Origin: the human T2T-CHM13v2.0 reference genome, Homo sapiens
Strand: one strand, 5' to 3'
Assembly (NCBI RefSeq): GCF_009914755.1
Contig: NC_060938.1
Length of the DNA stretch: 64,000 bases
Below are positions 1 to 11,339 of the stretch, in pieces. The notes below the pieces were generated by a model, which worked only from the letters and a program-made list of their open reading frames with translations, ran no database searches and was not told the DNA's origin. The stretch's first letter is position 1. Each line of letters opens with the position of its first letter. A program made the translations under genes and the position numbers.

Positions 1-158
1 GAAATCTTCAAATCTATCCAAATGTCCACTTGCAGATTCAACAAAAAGTGTTTTTCAGAACTGCTCTATCAAAAGAAAGATCCACCTCTGTTAGCTGAGT
101 TCACACATCACAAACAAGTTTATGAGAATGCTTCTGTCTAGTTTTTATTTGAAGATAT

Positions 159-175
159 TTCCTTTCTCACCATAG
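159..175 (-). promoter_or_regulatory. pJalpha-type (A-box) motif in an A-type monomer
   Basis: TTCCTTTCTCACCATAG resembles the reverse complement of the pJalpha consensus CTAYGGTGRAAAAGGAA. It sits at the position homologous to the CENP-B box in alternate monomers. Confidence 0.75.
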
Positions 176-325
176 AGCTGAAAGCTGTCCTAATGTTCAC
201 TTCCAGATACTACAGAAAGAGTGTTTCAAAACTGCTGTACGAAAGGGAATGTTCAACTCTGTGACTTGAATGCACACATCACAAAGAAGTTTCTGAGGAT
301 GCTGCTGTCTACTTTTTATACGTAA

Positions 326-342
326 TCCCGTTTCCAACGAAA
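326..342 (-). promoter_or_regulatory. CENP-B box 1 of the HOR (recurs every 1364 bp)
   Basis: TCCCGTTTCCAACGAAA is the reverse complement of TTTCGTTGGAAACGGGA, which matches the core nTTCGnnnnAnnCGGGn. Confidence 0.97.
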
Positions 343-496
343 TCCTCCAAGCTATCCAAATATCCACTTGCAGATTCCACAGAAAGGCTGTTTCAAAACT
401 GCTCTGTCAATAGAAAGGTTCAACTCTGTTAGCTGCGTGCATATATCCCAAAGAAGATTCTGAGATTGCTTCTGTCTAGTTTTTATGGGAAGATAT

Positions 497-513
497 TTCC
501 CTTTTCACCGTAG
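497..513 (-). promoter_or_regulatory. pJalpha-type (A-box) motif in an A-type monomer
   Basis: TTCCCTTTTCACCGTAG lies exactly 171 bp from the CENP-B boxes at 326 and 668. Confidence 0.75.
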
Positions 514-667
514 GTGTCAAGGCGCTCCAAATGTCCACTTCCAGATACTACAAAAAGAGTGTTTCCAACCTACTCTGTGAAAGGGAATATTCAACTCTGT
601 GACTTGAATGCACATATCACAAAGAAGTTTCTGAGAATGCTTCTGTCGAGATTTTATATGAAGATAT

Positions 668-684
668 TCCCGTTTCCAACGAAA
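668..684 (-). promoter_or_regulatory. CENP-B box 2 of the HOR (polymorphic: core-mutated in at least 9 copies)
   Basis: TCCCGTTTCCAACGAAA here. It reads TCTCGTTTACAACGAAA in several other HOR copies, for example at 2032. Confidence 0.97.
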
Positions 685-1009
685 TCCTGAAATGTATCCA
701 AATATCCCCTCGCAGATTCTACAAAAAGAGTGTTTCAAAACTGCTCTGTAAAAAGAAAGGTTCAACTCTGTTAGTTGAGTACACACATCACAAACAAGTT
801 TCACACAATGCTTCTTTCTAGCTTGTAGGGGAAGATATTCCCTTTATCACCATGGGCCTCAAACCGTCTGAAACGTCCACTTCCATATACTACAAAAAGA
901 GCATTTCAAACCTGCTCTATGAAAGGCAATGTTCAACTCTGTGACTTGAATGCAGACATCACAGAGCAGTTTCTGAGAATGCTTCTGTCTAGATTTTATA
1001 GGAAGATAT

Positions 1010-1026
1010 TCCCGTTTCCAACGAAA
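1010..1026 (-). promoter_or_regulatory. CENP-B box 3 of the HOR (recurs every 1364 bp)
   Basis: Exact TCCCGTTTCCAACGAAA. Confidence 0.97.
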
Positions 1027-1351
1027 TCTTCACAGCTATCCAAATATCCACTTGCAGATTCTACAAAAAGAGTGTATCAAAACTGCTCTGTCAAAAGGAA
1101 GGTTCTTCTCTGTTAGGTGAGTGCATACGTCATAAAGGAGTTTCTGAGAATGTTTCTGTCTAGTGGTTATGGGAAGATATTTGCTTTTTCCCCGTAGGCC
1201 TCAGGGCGCTCCAAATGTCCACTTGCACATGCTACAAAAAGAGTGCTTCAAAGCTGCTCTCTGAAAGGGAATGTTCAACTCTATGAGTTGAATGCAAACA
1301 TCACAAAGACGTTTCTGAGAATGCTTCTGTCTAGATTTGATATGAAGATAT

Positions 1352-1368
1352 TCCCGTTTCCAACGAAA
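1352..1368 (-). promoter_or_regulatory. CENP-B box 4 of the HOR (recurs every 1364 bp)
   Basis: Exact TCCCGTTTCCAACGAAA. Confidence 0.97.
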
Positions 1369-4300
1369 TCTTCAAATCTATCCAAATGTCCACTTGCAGA
1401 TTCAACAAAAAGTGTTTTTCAGAACTGCTCTATCAAAAGAAAGATCCACCTCTGTTAGCTGAGTTCAGACATCACAAACAAGTTTATGAGAATGCTTCTG
1501 TCTAGTTTTTATTTGAAGATATTTCCTTTCTCACCATAGACCTGAAAGCTGTCCTAATGTTCACTTCCAGTTACTACAGAAAGAGTGTTTCAAAACTGCT
1601 GTACGAAAGGGAATGTTCAACTCTGTGACTTGAATGCACACATCACAAAGAAGTTTCTGAGGATGCTGCTGTCTACTTTTTATACTTAATCCCGTTTCCA
1701 ACGAAATCCTCCAAGCTATCCAAATATCCACTTGCAGATTCCACAGAAAGACTGTTTCAAAACTGCTCTGTCAATAGAAAGGTTCAACTCTGTTAGCTGC
1801 GTGCATATATCCCAAAGAAGATTCTGAGATTGCTTCTGTCTAGTTTTTATGGGAAGATATTTCCCTTTTCACCGTAGGCGTCAAGGCGCTCCAAATGTCC
1901 ACTTCCAGATACTACAAAAAGAGTGTTTCAAACCTACTCTGTGAAAGGGAATATTCAACTCTGTGACTTGAATGCACATATCACAAGGAAGTTTCTGAGA
2001 ATGCTTCTGTCGAGATTTTATATGAAGATATTCTCGTTTACAACGAAATCCTGAAATCTATCCAAATATCCCCTCGCAGATTCTACAAAAAGAGTGTTTC
2101 AAAACTGCTCTGTAAAAAGAAAGGTTCAACTCTGTTAGTTGAGTACACACATCACAAACAAGTTTCACAGAATGCTTCTTTCTAGCTTGTAGGGGAAGAT
2201 ATTCCCTTTATCACCATGGGCCTCCAACCGTCCGATAAGTCCACTTCCATATACTACAAAAAGAGCGTTTCAAACCTGCTCTATGAAAGGCAATGTTCAA
2301 CTCTGTGACTTGAATGCAGACATCACAGAGCAGTTTCTGAGAATGCTTCTGTCTAGATTTTATAGGAAGATATTCCCGTTTCCAACGAAATCTTCACAGC
2401 TATCCAAATATCCACTTGCAGATTCTACAAAAAGAGTGTATCAAAACTGCTCTGTCAAAAGGAAGGTTCTTCTCTGTTAGGTGAGTGCATACGTCATAAA
2501 GGAGTTTCTGAGAATGTTTCTGTCTAGTGGTTATGGGAAGATATTTGCTTTTTCACCGTAGGCCTCAGAGCGCTCCAAATATCCACTTGCACATACTACA
2601 AAAAGAGTGCTTCAAAGCTGGTCTCTGAAACGGAATGTTCAACTCTATGAGTTGAATGCAAACATCACAAAGACGTTTCTGAGAATGCTTCTGTCTAGAT
2701 TTGATATGAAGATATTCCCGTTTCCAACGAAATCTTCAAATCTATCCAAATGTCCACTTGCAGATTCAACAAAAAGTGTTTTTCAGAACTGCTCTATCAA
2801 AAGAAAGATCCACCTCTGTTAGCTGAGTTCACACATCACAAACAAGTTTATGAGAATGCTTCTGTCTAGTTTTTATTTGAAGATATTTCCTTTCTCACCA
2901 TAGAGCTGAAAGCTGTCCTAATGTTCACTTCCAGATACTACAGAAAGAGTGTTTCAAAACTGCTGTACGAAAGGGAATGTTCAACTCTGTGACTTGAATG
3001 CACACATCACAAAGAAGTTTCTGAGGATGCTGCTGTCTACTTTTTATACGTAATCCCGTTTCCAACGAAATCCTCCAAGCTATCCAAATATCCACTTGCA
3101 GATTCCACAGAAAGGCTGTTTCAAAACTGCTCTGTCAATAGAAAGGTTCAACTCTGTTAGCTGCGTGCATATATCCCAAAGAAGATTCTGAGATTGCTTC
3201 TGTCTAGTTTTTATGGGAAGATATTTCCCTTTTCACCGTAGGTGTCAAGGCGCTCCAAATGTCCACTTCCAGATACTACAAAAAGAGTGTTTCCAACCTA
3301 CTCTGTGAAAGGGAATATTCAACTCTGTGACTTGAATGCACATATCACAAAGAAGTTTCTGAGAATGCTTCTGTCGAGATTTTATATGAAGATATTCCCG
3401 TTTCCAACGAAATCCTGAAATGTATCCAAATATCCCCTCGCAGATTCTACAAAAAGAGTGTTTCAAAACTGCTCTGTAAAAAGAAAGGTTCAACTCTGTT
3501 AGTTGAGTACACACATCACAAACAAGTTTCACACAATGCTTCTTTCTAGCTTGTAGGGGAAGATATTCCCTTTATCACCATGGGCCTCAAACCGTCTGAA
3601 ACGTCCACTTCCATATACTACAAAAAGAGCATTTCAAACCTGCTCTATGAAAGGCAATGTTCAACTCTGTGACTTGAATGCAGACATCACAGAGCAGTTT
3701 CTGAGAATGCTTCTGTCTAGATTTTATAGGAAGATATTCCCGTTTCCAACGAAATCTTCACAGCTATCCAAATATCCACTTGCAGATTCTACAAAAAGAG
3801 TGTATCAAAACTGCTCTGTCAAAAGGAAGGTTCTTCTCTGTTAGGTGAGTGCATACGTCATAAAGGAGTTTCTGAGAATGTTTCTGTCTAGTGGTTATGG
3901 GAAGATATTTGCTTTTTCCCCGTAGGCCTCAGGGCGCTCCAAATGTCCACTTGCACATGCTACAAAAAGAGTGCTTCAAAGCTGCTCTCTGAAAGGGAAT
4001 GTTCAACTCTATGAGTTGAATGCAAACATCACAAAGACGTTTCTGAGAATGCTTCTGTCTAGATTTGATATGAAGATATTCCCGTTTCCAACGAAATCTT
4101 CAAATCTATCCAAATGTCCACTTGCAGATTCAACAAAAAGTGTTTTTCAGAACTGCTCTATCAAAAGAAAGATCCACCTCTGTTAGCTGAGTTCAGACAT
4201 CACAAACAAGTTTATGAGAATGCTTCTGTCTAGTTTTTATTTGAAGATATTTCCTTTCTCACCATAGACCTGAAAGCTGTCCTAATGTTCACTTCCAGTT

Positions 4301-7300
4301 ACTACAGAAAGAGTGTTTCAAAACTGCTGTACGAAAGGGAATGTTCAACTCTGTGACTTGAATGCACACATCACAAAGAAGTTTCTGAGGATGCTGCTGT
4401 CTACTTTTTATACTTAATCCCGTTTCCAACGAAATCCTCCAAGCTATCCAAATATCCACTTGCAGATTCCACAGAAAGACTGTTTCAAAACTGCTCTGTC
4501 AATAGAAAGGTTCAACTCTGTTAGCTGCGTGCATATATCCCAAAGAAGATTCTGAGATTGCTTCTGTCTAGTTTTTATGGGAAGATATTTCCCTTTTCAC
4601 CGTAGGCGTCAAGGCGCTCCAAATGTCCACTTCCAGATACTACAAAAAGAGTGTTTCAAACCTACTCTGTGAAAGGGAATATTCAACTCTGTGACTTGAA
4701 TGCACATATCACAAGGAAGTTTCTGAGAATGCTTCTGTCGAGATTTTATATGAAGATATTCTCGTTTACAACGAAATCCTGAAATCTATCCAAATATCCC
4801 CTCGCAGATTCTACAAAAAGAGTGTTTCAAAACTGCTCTGTAAAAAGAAAGGTTCAACTCTGTTAGTTGAGTACACACATCACAAACAAGTTTCACAGAA
4901 TGCTTCTTTCTAGCTTGTAGGGGAAGATATTCCCTTTATCACCATGGGCCTCCAACCGTCCGAAACATCCACTTCCATATACTACAAAAAGAGCGTTTCA
5001 AACCTGCTCTATGAAAGGCAATGTTCAACTCTGTGACTTGAATGCAGACATCACAGAGCAGTTTCTGAGAATGCTTCTGTCTAGATTTTATAGGAAGATA
5101 TTCCCGTTTCCAACGAAATCTTCACAGCTATCCAAATATCCACTTGCAGATTCTACAAAAAGAGTGTATCAAAACTGCTCTGTCAAAAGGAAGGTTCTTC
5201 TCTGTTAGGTGAGTGCATACGTCATAAAGGAGTTTCTGAGAATGTTTCTGTCTAGTGGTTATGGGAAGATATTTGCTTTTTCCCCGTAGGCCTCAGGGCG
5301 CTCCAAATGTCCACTTGCACATGCTACAAAAAGAGTGCTTCAAAGCTGCTCTCTGAAAGGGAATGTTCAACTCTATGAGTTGAATGCAAACATCACAAAG
5401 ACGTTTCTGAGAATGCTTCTGTCTAGATTTGATATGAAGATATTCCCGTTTCCAACGAAATCTTCAAATCTATCCAAATGTCCACTTGCAGATTCAACAA
5501 AAAGTGTTTTTCAGAACTGCTCTATCAAAAGAAAGATCCACCTCTGTTAGCTGAGTTCACACATCACAAACAAGTTTATGAGAATGCTTCTGTCTAGTTT
5601 TTATTTGAAGATATTTCCTTTCTCACCATAGAGCTGAAAGCTGTCCTAATGTTCACTTCCAGATACTACAGAAAGAGTGTTTCAAAACTGCTGTACGAAA
5701 GGGAATGTTCAACTCTGTGACTTGAATGCACACATCACAAAGAAGTTTCTGAGGATGCTGCTGTCTACTTTTTATACGTAATCCCGTTTCCAACGAAATC
5801 CTCCAAGCTATCCAAATATCCACTTGCAGATTCCACAGAAAGGCTGTTTCAAAACTGCTCTGTCAATAGAAAGGTTCAACTCTGTTAGCTGCGTGCATAT
5901 ATCCCAAAGAAGATTCTGAGATTGCTTCTGTCTAGTTTTTATGGGAAGATATTTCCCTTTTCACCGTAGGTGTCAAGGCGCTCCAAATGTCCAGTTCCAG
6001 ATACTACAAAAAGAGTGTTTCCAACCTACTCTGTGAAAGGGAATATTCAACTCTGTGACTTGAATGCACATATCACAAAGAAGTTTCTGAGAATGCTTCT
6101 GTCGAGATTTTATATGAAGATATTCCCGTTTCCAACGAAATCCTGAAATGTATCCAAATATCCCCTCGCAGATTCTACAAAAAGAGTGTTTCAAAACTGC
6201 TCTGTAAAAAGAAAGGTTCAACTCTGTTAGTTGAGTACACACATCACAAACAAGTTTCACACAATGCTTCTTTCTAGCTTGTAGGGGAAGATATTCCCTT
6301 TATCACCATGGGCCTCAAACCGTCTGAAACGTCCACTTCCATATACTACAAAAAGAGCATTTCAAACCTGCTCTATGAAAGGCAATGTTCAACTCTGTGA
6401 CTTGAATGCAGACATCACAGAGCAGTTTCTGAGAATGCTTCTGTCTAGATTTTATAGGAAGATATTCCCGTTTCCAACGAAATCTTCACAGCTATCCAAA
6501 TATCCACTTGCAGATTCTACAAAAAGAGTGTATCAAAACTGCTCTGTCAAAAGGAAGGTTCTTCTCTGTTAGGTGAGTGCATACGTCATAAAGGAGTTTC
6601 TGAGAATGTTTCTGTCTAGTGGTTATGGGAAGATATTTGCTTTTTCCCCGTAGGCCTCAGGGCGCTCCAAATGTCCACTTGCACATGCTACAAAAAGAGT
6701 GCTTCAAAGCTGCTCTCTGAAAGGGAATGTTCAACTCTATGAGTTGAATGCAAACATCACAAAGACGTTTCTGAGAATGCTTCTGTCTAGATTTGATATG
6801 AAGATATTCCCGTTTCCAACGAAATCTTCAAATCTATCCAAATGTCCACTTGCAGATTCAACAAAAAGTGTTTTTCAGAACTGCTCTATCAAAAGAAAGA
6901 TCCACCTCTGTTAGCTGAGTTCAGACATCACAAACAAGTTTATGAGAATGCTTCTGTCTAGTTTTTATTTGAAGATATTTCCTTTCTCACCATAGACCTG
7001 AAAGCTGTCCTAATGTTCACTTCCAGTTACTACAGAAAGAGTGTTTCAAAACTGCTGTACGAAAGGGAATGTTCAACTCTGTGACTTGAATGCACACATC
7101 ACAAAGAAGTTTCTGAGGATGCTGCTGTCTACTTTTTATACTTAATCCCGTTTCCAACGAAATCCTCCAAGCTATCCAAATATCCACTTGCAGATTCCAC
7201 AGAAAGACTGTTTCAAAACTGCTCTGTCAATAGAAAGGTTCAACTCTGTTAGCTGCGTGCATATATCCCAAAGAAGATTCTGAGATTGCTTCTGTCTAGT

Positions 7301-10300
7301 TTTTATGGGAAGATATTTCCCTTTTCACCGTAGGCGTCAAGGCGCTCCAAATGTCCACTTCCAGATACTACAAAAAGAGTGTTTCCAACCTACTCTGTGA
7401 AAGGGAATATTCAACTCTGTGACTTGAATGCACATATCACAAGGAAGTTTCTGAGAATGCTTCTGTCGAGATTTTATATGAAGATATTCTCGTTTACAAC
7501 GAAATCCTGAAATCTATCCAAATATCCCCTCGCAGATTCTACAAAAAGAGTGTTTCAAAACTGCTCTGTAAAAAGAAAGGTTCAACTCTGTTAGTTGAGT
7601 ACACACATCACAAACAAGTTTCACAGAATGCTTCTTTCTAGCTTGTAGGGGAAGATATTCCCTTTATCACCATGGGCCTCCAACCGTCCGAAACATCCAC
7701 TTCCATATACTACAAAAAGAGCGTTTCAAACCTGCTCTATGAAAGGCAATGTTCAACTCTGTGACTTGAATGCAGACATCACAGAGCAGTTTCTGAGAAT
7801 GCTTCTGTCTAGATTTTATAGGAAGATATTCCCGTTTCCAACGAAATCTTCACAGCTATCCAAATATCCACTTGCAGATTCTACAAAAAGAGTGTATCAA
7901 AACTGCTCTGTCAAAAGGAAGGTTCTTCTCTGTTAGGTGAGTGCATACGTCATAAAGGAGTTTCTGAGAATGTTTCTGTCTAGTGGTTATGGGAAGATAT
8001 TTGCTTTTTCCCCGTAGGCCACAGGGCGCTCCAAATGTCCACTTGCACATGCTACAAAAAGAGTGCTTCAAAGCTGCTCTCTGAAAGGGAATGTTCAACT
8101 CTATGAGTTGAATGCAAACATCACAAAGACGTTTCTGAGAATGCTTCTGTCTAGATTTGATATGAAGATATTCCCGTTTCCAACGAAATCTTCAAATCTA
8201 TCCAAATGTCCACTTGCAGATTCAACAAAAAGTGTTTTTCAGAACTGCTCTATCAAAAGAAAGATCCACCTCTGTTAGCTGAGTTCACACATCACAAACA
8301 AGTTTATGAGAATGCTTCTGTCTAGTTTTTATTTGAAGATATTTCCTTTCTCACCATAGAGCTGAAAGCTGTCCTAATGTTCACTTCCAGATACTACAGA
8401 AAGAGTGTTTCAAAACTGCTGTACGAAAGGGAATGTTCAACTCTGTGACTTGAATGCACACATCACAAAGAAGTTTCTGAGGATGCTGCTGTCTACTTTT
8501 TATACGTAATCCCGTTTCCAACGAAATCCTCCAAGCTATCCAAATATCCACTTGCAGATTCCACAGAAAGGCTGTTTCAAAACTGCTCTGTCAATAGAAA
8601 GGTTCAACTCTGTTAGCTGCGTGCATATATCCCAAAGAAGATTCTGAGATTGCTTCTGTCTAGTTTTTATGGGAAGATATTTCCCTTTTCACCGTAGGTG
8701 TCAAGGCGCTCCAAATGTCCACTTCCAGATACTACAAAAAGAGTGTTTCCAACCTACTCTGTGAAAGGGAATATTCAACTCTGTGACTTGAATGCACATA
8801 TCACAAAGAAGTTTCTGAGAATGCTTCTGTCGAGATTTTATATGAAGATATTCCCGTTTCCAACGAAATCCTGAAATGTATCCAAATATCCCCTCGCAGA
8901 TTCTACAAAAAGAGTGTTTCAAAACTGCTCTGTAAAAAGAAAGGTTCAACTCTGTTAGTTGAGTACACACATCACAAACAAGTTTCACACAATGCTTCTT
9001 TCTAGCTTGTAGGGGAAGATATTCCCTTTATCACCATGGGCCTCAAACCGTCTGAAACGTCCACTTCCATATACTACAAAAAGAGCATTTCAAACCTGCT
9101 CTATGAAAGGCAATGTTCAACTCTGTGACTTGAATGCAGACATCACAGAGCAGTTTCTGAGAATGCTTCTGTCTAGATTTTATAGGAAGATATTCCCGTT
9201 TCCAACGAAATCTTCACAGCTATCCAAATATCCACTTGCAGATTCTACAAAAAGAGTGTATCAAAACTGCTCTGTCAAAAGGAAGGTTCTTCTCTGTTAG
9301 GTGAGTGCATACGTCATAAAGGAGTTTCTGAGAATGTTTCTGTCTAGTGGTTATGGGAAGATATTTGCTTTTTCCCCGTAGGCCTCAGGGCGCTCCAAAT
9401 GTCCACTTGCACATGCTACAAAAAGAGTGCTTCAAAGCTGCTCTCTGAAAGGGAATGTTCAACTCTATGAGTTGAATGCAAACATCACAAAGACGTTTCT
9501 GAGAATGCTTCTGTCTAGATTTGATATGAAGATATTCCCGTTTCCAACGAAATCTTCAAATCTATCCAAATGTCCACTTGCAGATTCAACAAAAAGTGTT
9601 TTTCAGAACTGCTCTATCAAAAGAAAGATCCACCTCTGTTAGCTGAGTTCAGACATCACAAACAAGTTTATGAGAATGCTTCTGTCTAGTTTTTATTTGA
9701 AGATATTTCCTTTCTCACCATAGACCTGAAAGCTGTCCTAATGTTCACTTCCAGTTACTACAGAAAGAGTGTTTCAAAACTGCTGTACGAAAGGGAATGT
9801 TCAACTCTGTGACTTGAATGCACACATCACAAAGAAGTTTCTGAGGATGCTGCTGTCTACTTTTTATACTTAATCCCGTTTCCAACGAAATCCTCCAAGC
9901 TATCCAAATATCCACTTGCAGATTCCACAGAAAGACTGTTTCAAAACTGCTCTGTCAATAGAAAGGTTCAACTCTGTTAGCTGCGTGCATATATCCCAAA
10001 GAAGATTCTGAGATTGCTTCTGTCTAGTTTTTATGGGAAGATATTTCCCTTTTCACCGTAGGCGTCAAGGCGCTCCAAATGTCCACTTCCAGATACTACA
10101 AAAAGAGTGTTTCAAACCTACTCTGTGAAAGGGAATATTCAACTCTGTGACTTGAATGCACATATCACAAGGAAGTTTCTGAGAATGCTTCTGTCGAGAT
10201 TTTATATGAAGATATTCTCGTTTACAACGAAATCCTGAAATCTATCCAAATATCCCCTCGCAGATTCTACAAAAAGAGTGTTTCAAAACTGCTCTGTAAA

Positions 10301-11339
10301 AAGAAAGGTTCAACTCTGTTAGTTGAGTACACACATCACAAACAAGTTTCACAGAATGCTTCTTTCTAGCTTGTAGGGGAAGATATTCCCTTTATCACCA
10401 TGGGCCTCCAACCGTCCGAAACATCCACTTCCATATACTACAAAAAGAGCGTTTCAAACCTGCTCTATGAAAGGCAATGTTCAACTCTGTGACTTGAATG
10501 CAGACATCACAGAGCAGTTTCTGAGAATGCTTCTGTCTAGATTTTATAGGAAGATATTCCCGTTTCCAAAGAAATCTTCACAGCTATCCAAATATCCACT
10601 TGCAGATTCTACAAAAAGAGTGTATCAAAACTGCTCTGTCAAAAGGAAGGTTCTTCTCTGTTAGGTGAGTGCATACGTCATAAAGGAGTTTCTGAGAATG
10701 TTTCTGTCTAGTGGTTATGGGAAGATATTTGCTTTTTCCCCGTAGGCCTCAGGGCGCTCCAAATGTCCACTTGCACATGCTACAAAAAGAGTGCTTCAAA
10801 GCTGCTCTCTGAAAGGGAATGTTCAACTCTATGAGTTGAATGCAAACATCACAAAGACGTTTCTGAGAATGCTTCTGTCTAGATTTGATATGAAGATCTT
10901 CCCGTTTCCAACGAAATCTTCAAATCTATCCAAATGTCCACTTGCAGATTCAACAAAAAGTGTTTTTCAGAACTGCTCTATCAAAAGAAAGATCCACCTC
11001 TGTTAGCTGAGTTCAGACATCACAAACAAGTTTATGAGAATGCTTCTGTCTAGTTTTTATTTGAAGATATTTCCTTTCTCACCATAGACCTGAAAGCTGT
11101 CCTAATGTTCACTTCCAGTTACTACAGAAAGAGTGTTTCAAAACTGCTGTACGAAAGGGAATGTTCAACTCTGTGACTTGAATGCACACATCACAATGAA
11201 GTTTCTGAGGATGCTGCTGTCTACTTTTTATACTTAATCCCGTTTCCAACGAAATCCTTCAAGCTATCCAAATATCCACTTGCAGATTCCACAGAAAGAC
11301 TGTTTCAAAACTGCTCTGTCAATAGAAAGGTTCAACTCT

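Larger units (their letters stand above)
326..1689 (-). repeat. One representative 8-mer HOR unit, probably the chr14/chr22 live array (D14Z9/D22Z1, S2C14/22H1L)
   Basis: CENP-B boxes at 326, 668, 1010, 1352 and 1690 give dimers of 342+342+342+338 = 1364 bp. There is one TaqI site (TCGA, ~646) and two XbaI sites (TCTAGA, ~988 and ~1330) per unit. The chromosome assignment rests on the 8-mer length and SF2-like monomers recalled from knowledge. It was not verified by alignment, and chr14 cannot be told from chr22 here. Confidence 0.7.
1..10900. repeat. Block with a 2728-bp (2-HOR) super-period: alternating HOR haplotypes, about four times
   Basis: Markers GAAAGGCTG, AATGTATCC, CACACAATG, CCGTCTGAAACG and GAGCATTT occur in every second HOR (95-aa ORF proxy at 517, 3245, 5973, 8701). 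The dead box 2 occurs at 2032, 4760, 7488 and 10216. Ends are approximate. Confidence 0.9.

Noticed and set aside
1-10900. Calling the array a true 16-mer HOR such as chr20 D20Z2
   Set aside because: The two halves differ by only roughly 1-2% by eye, and the 2728 period gives way to 3- and 4-HOR periods elsewhere. The basic unit is the 8-mer.
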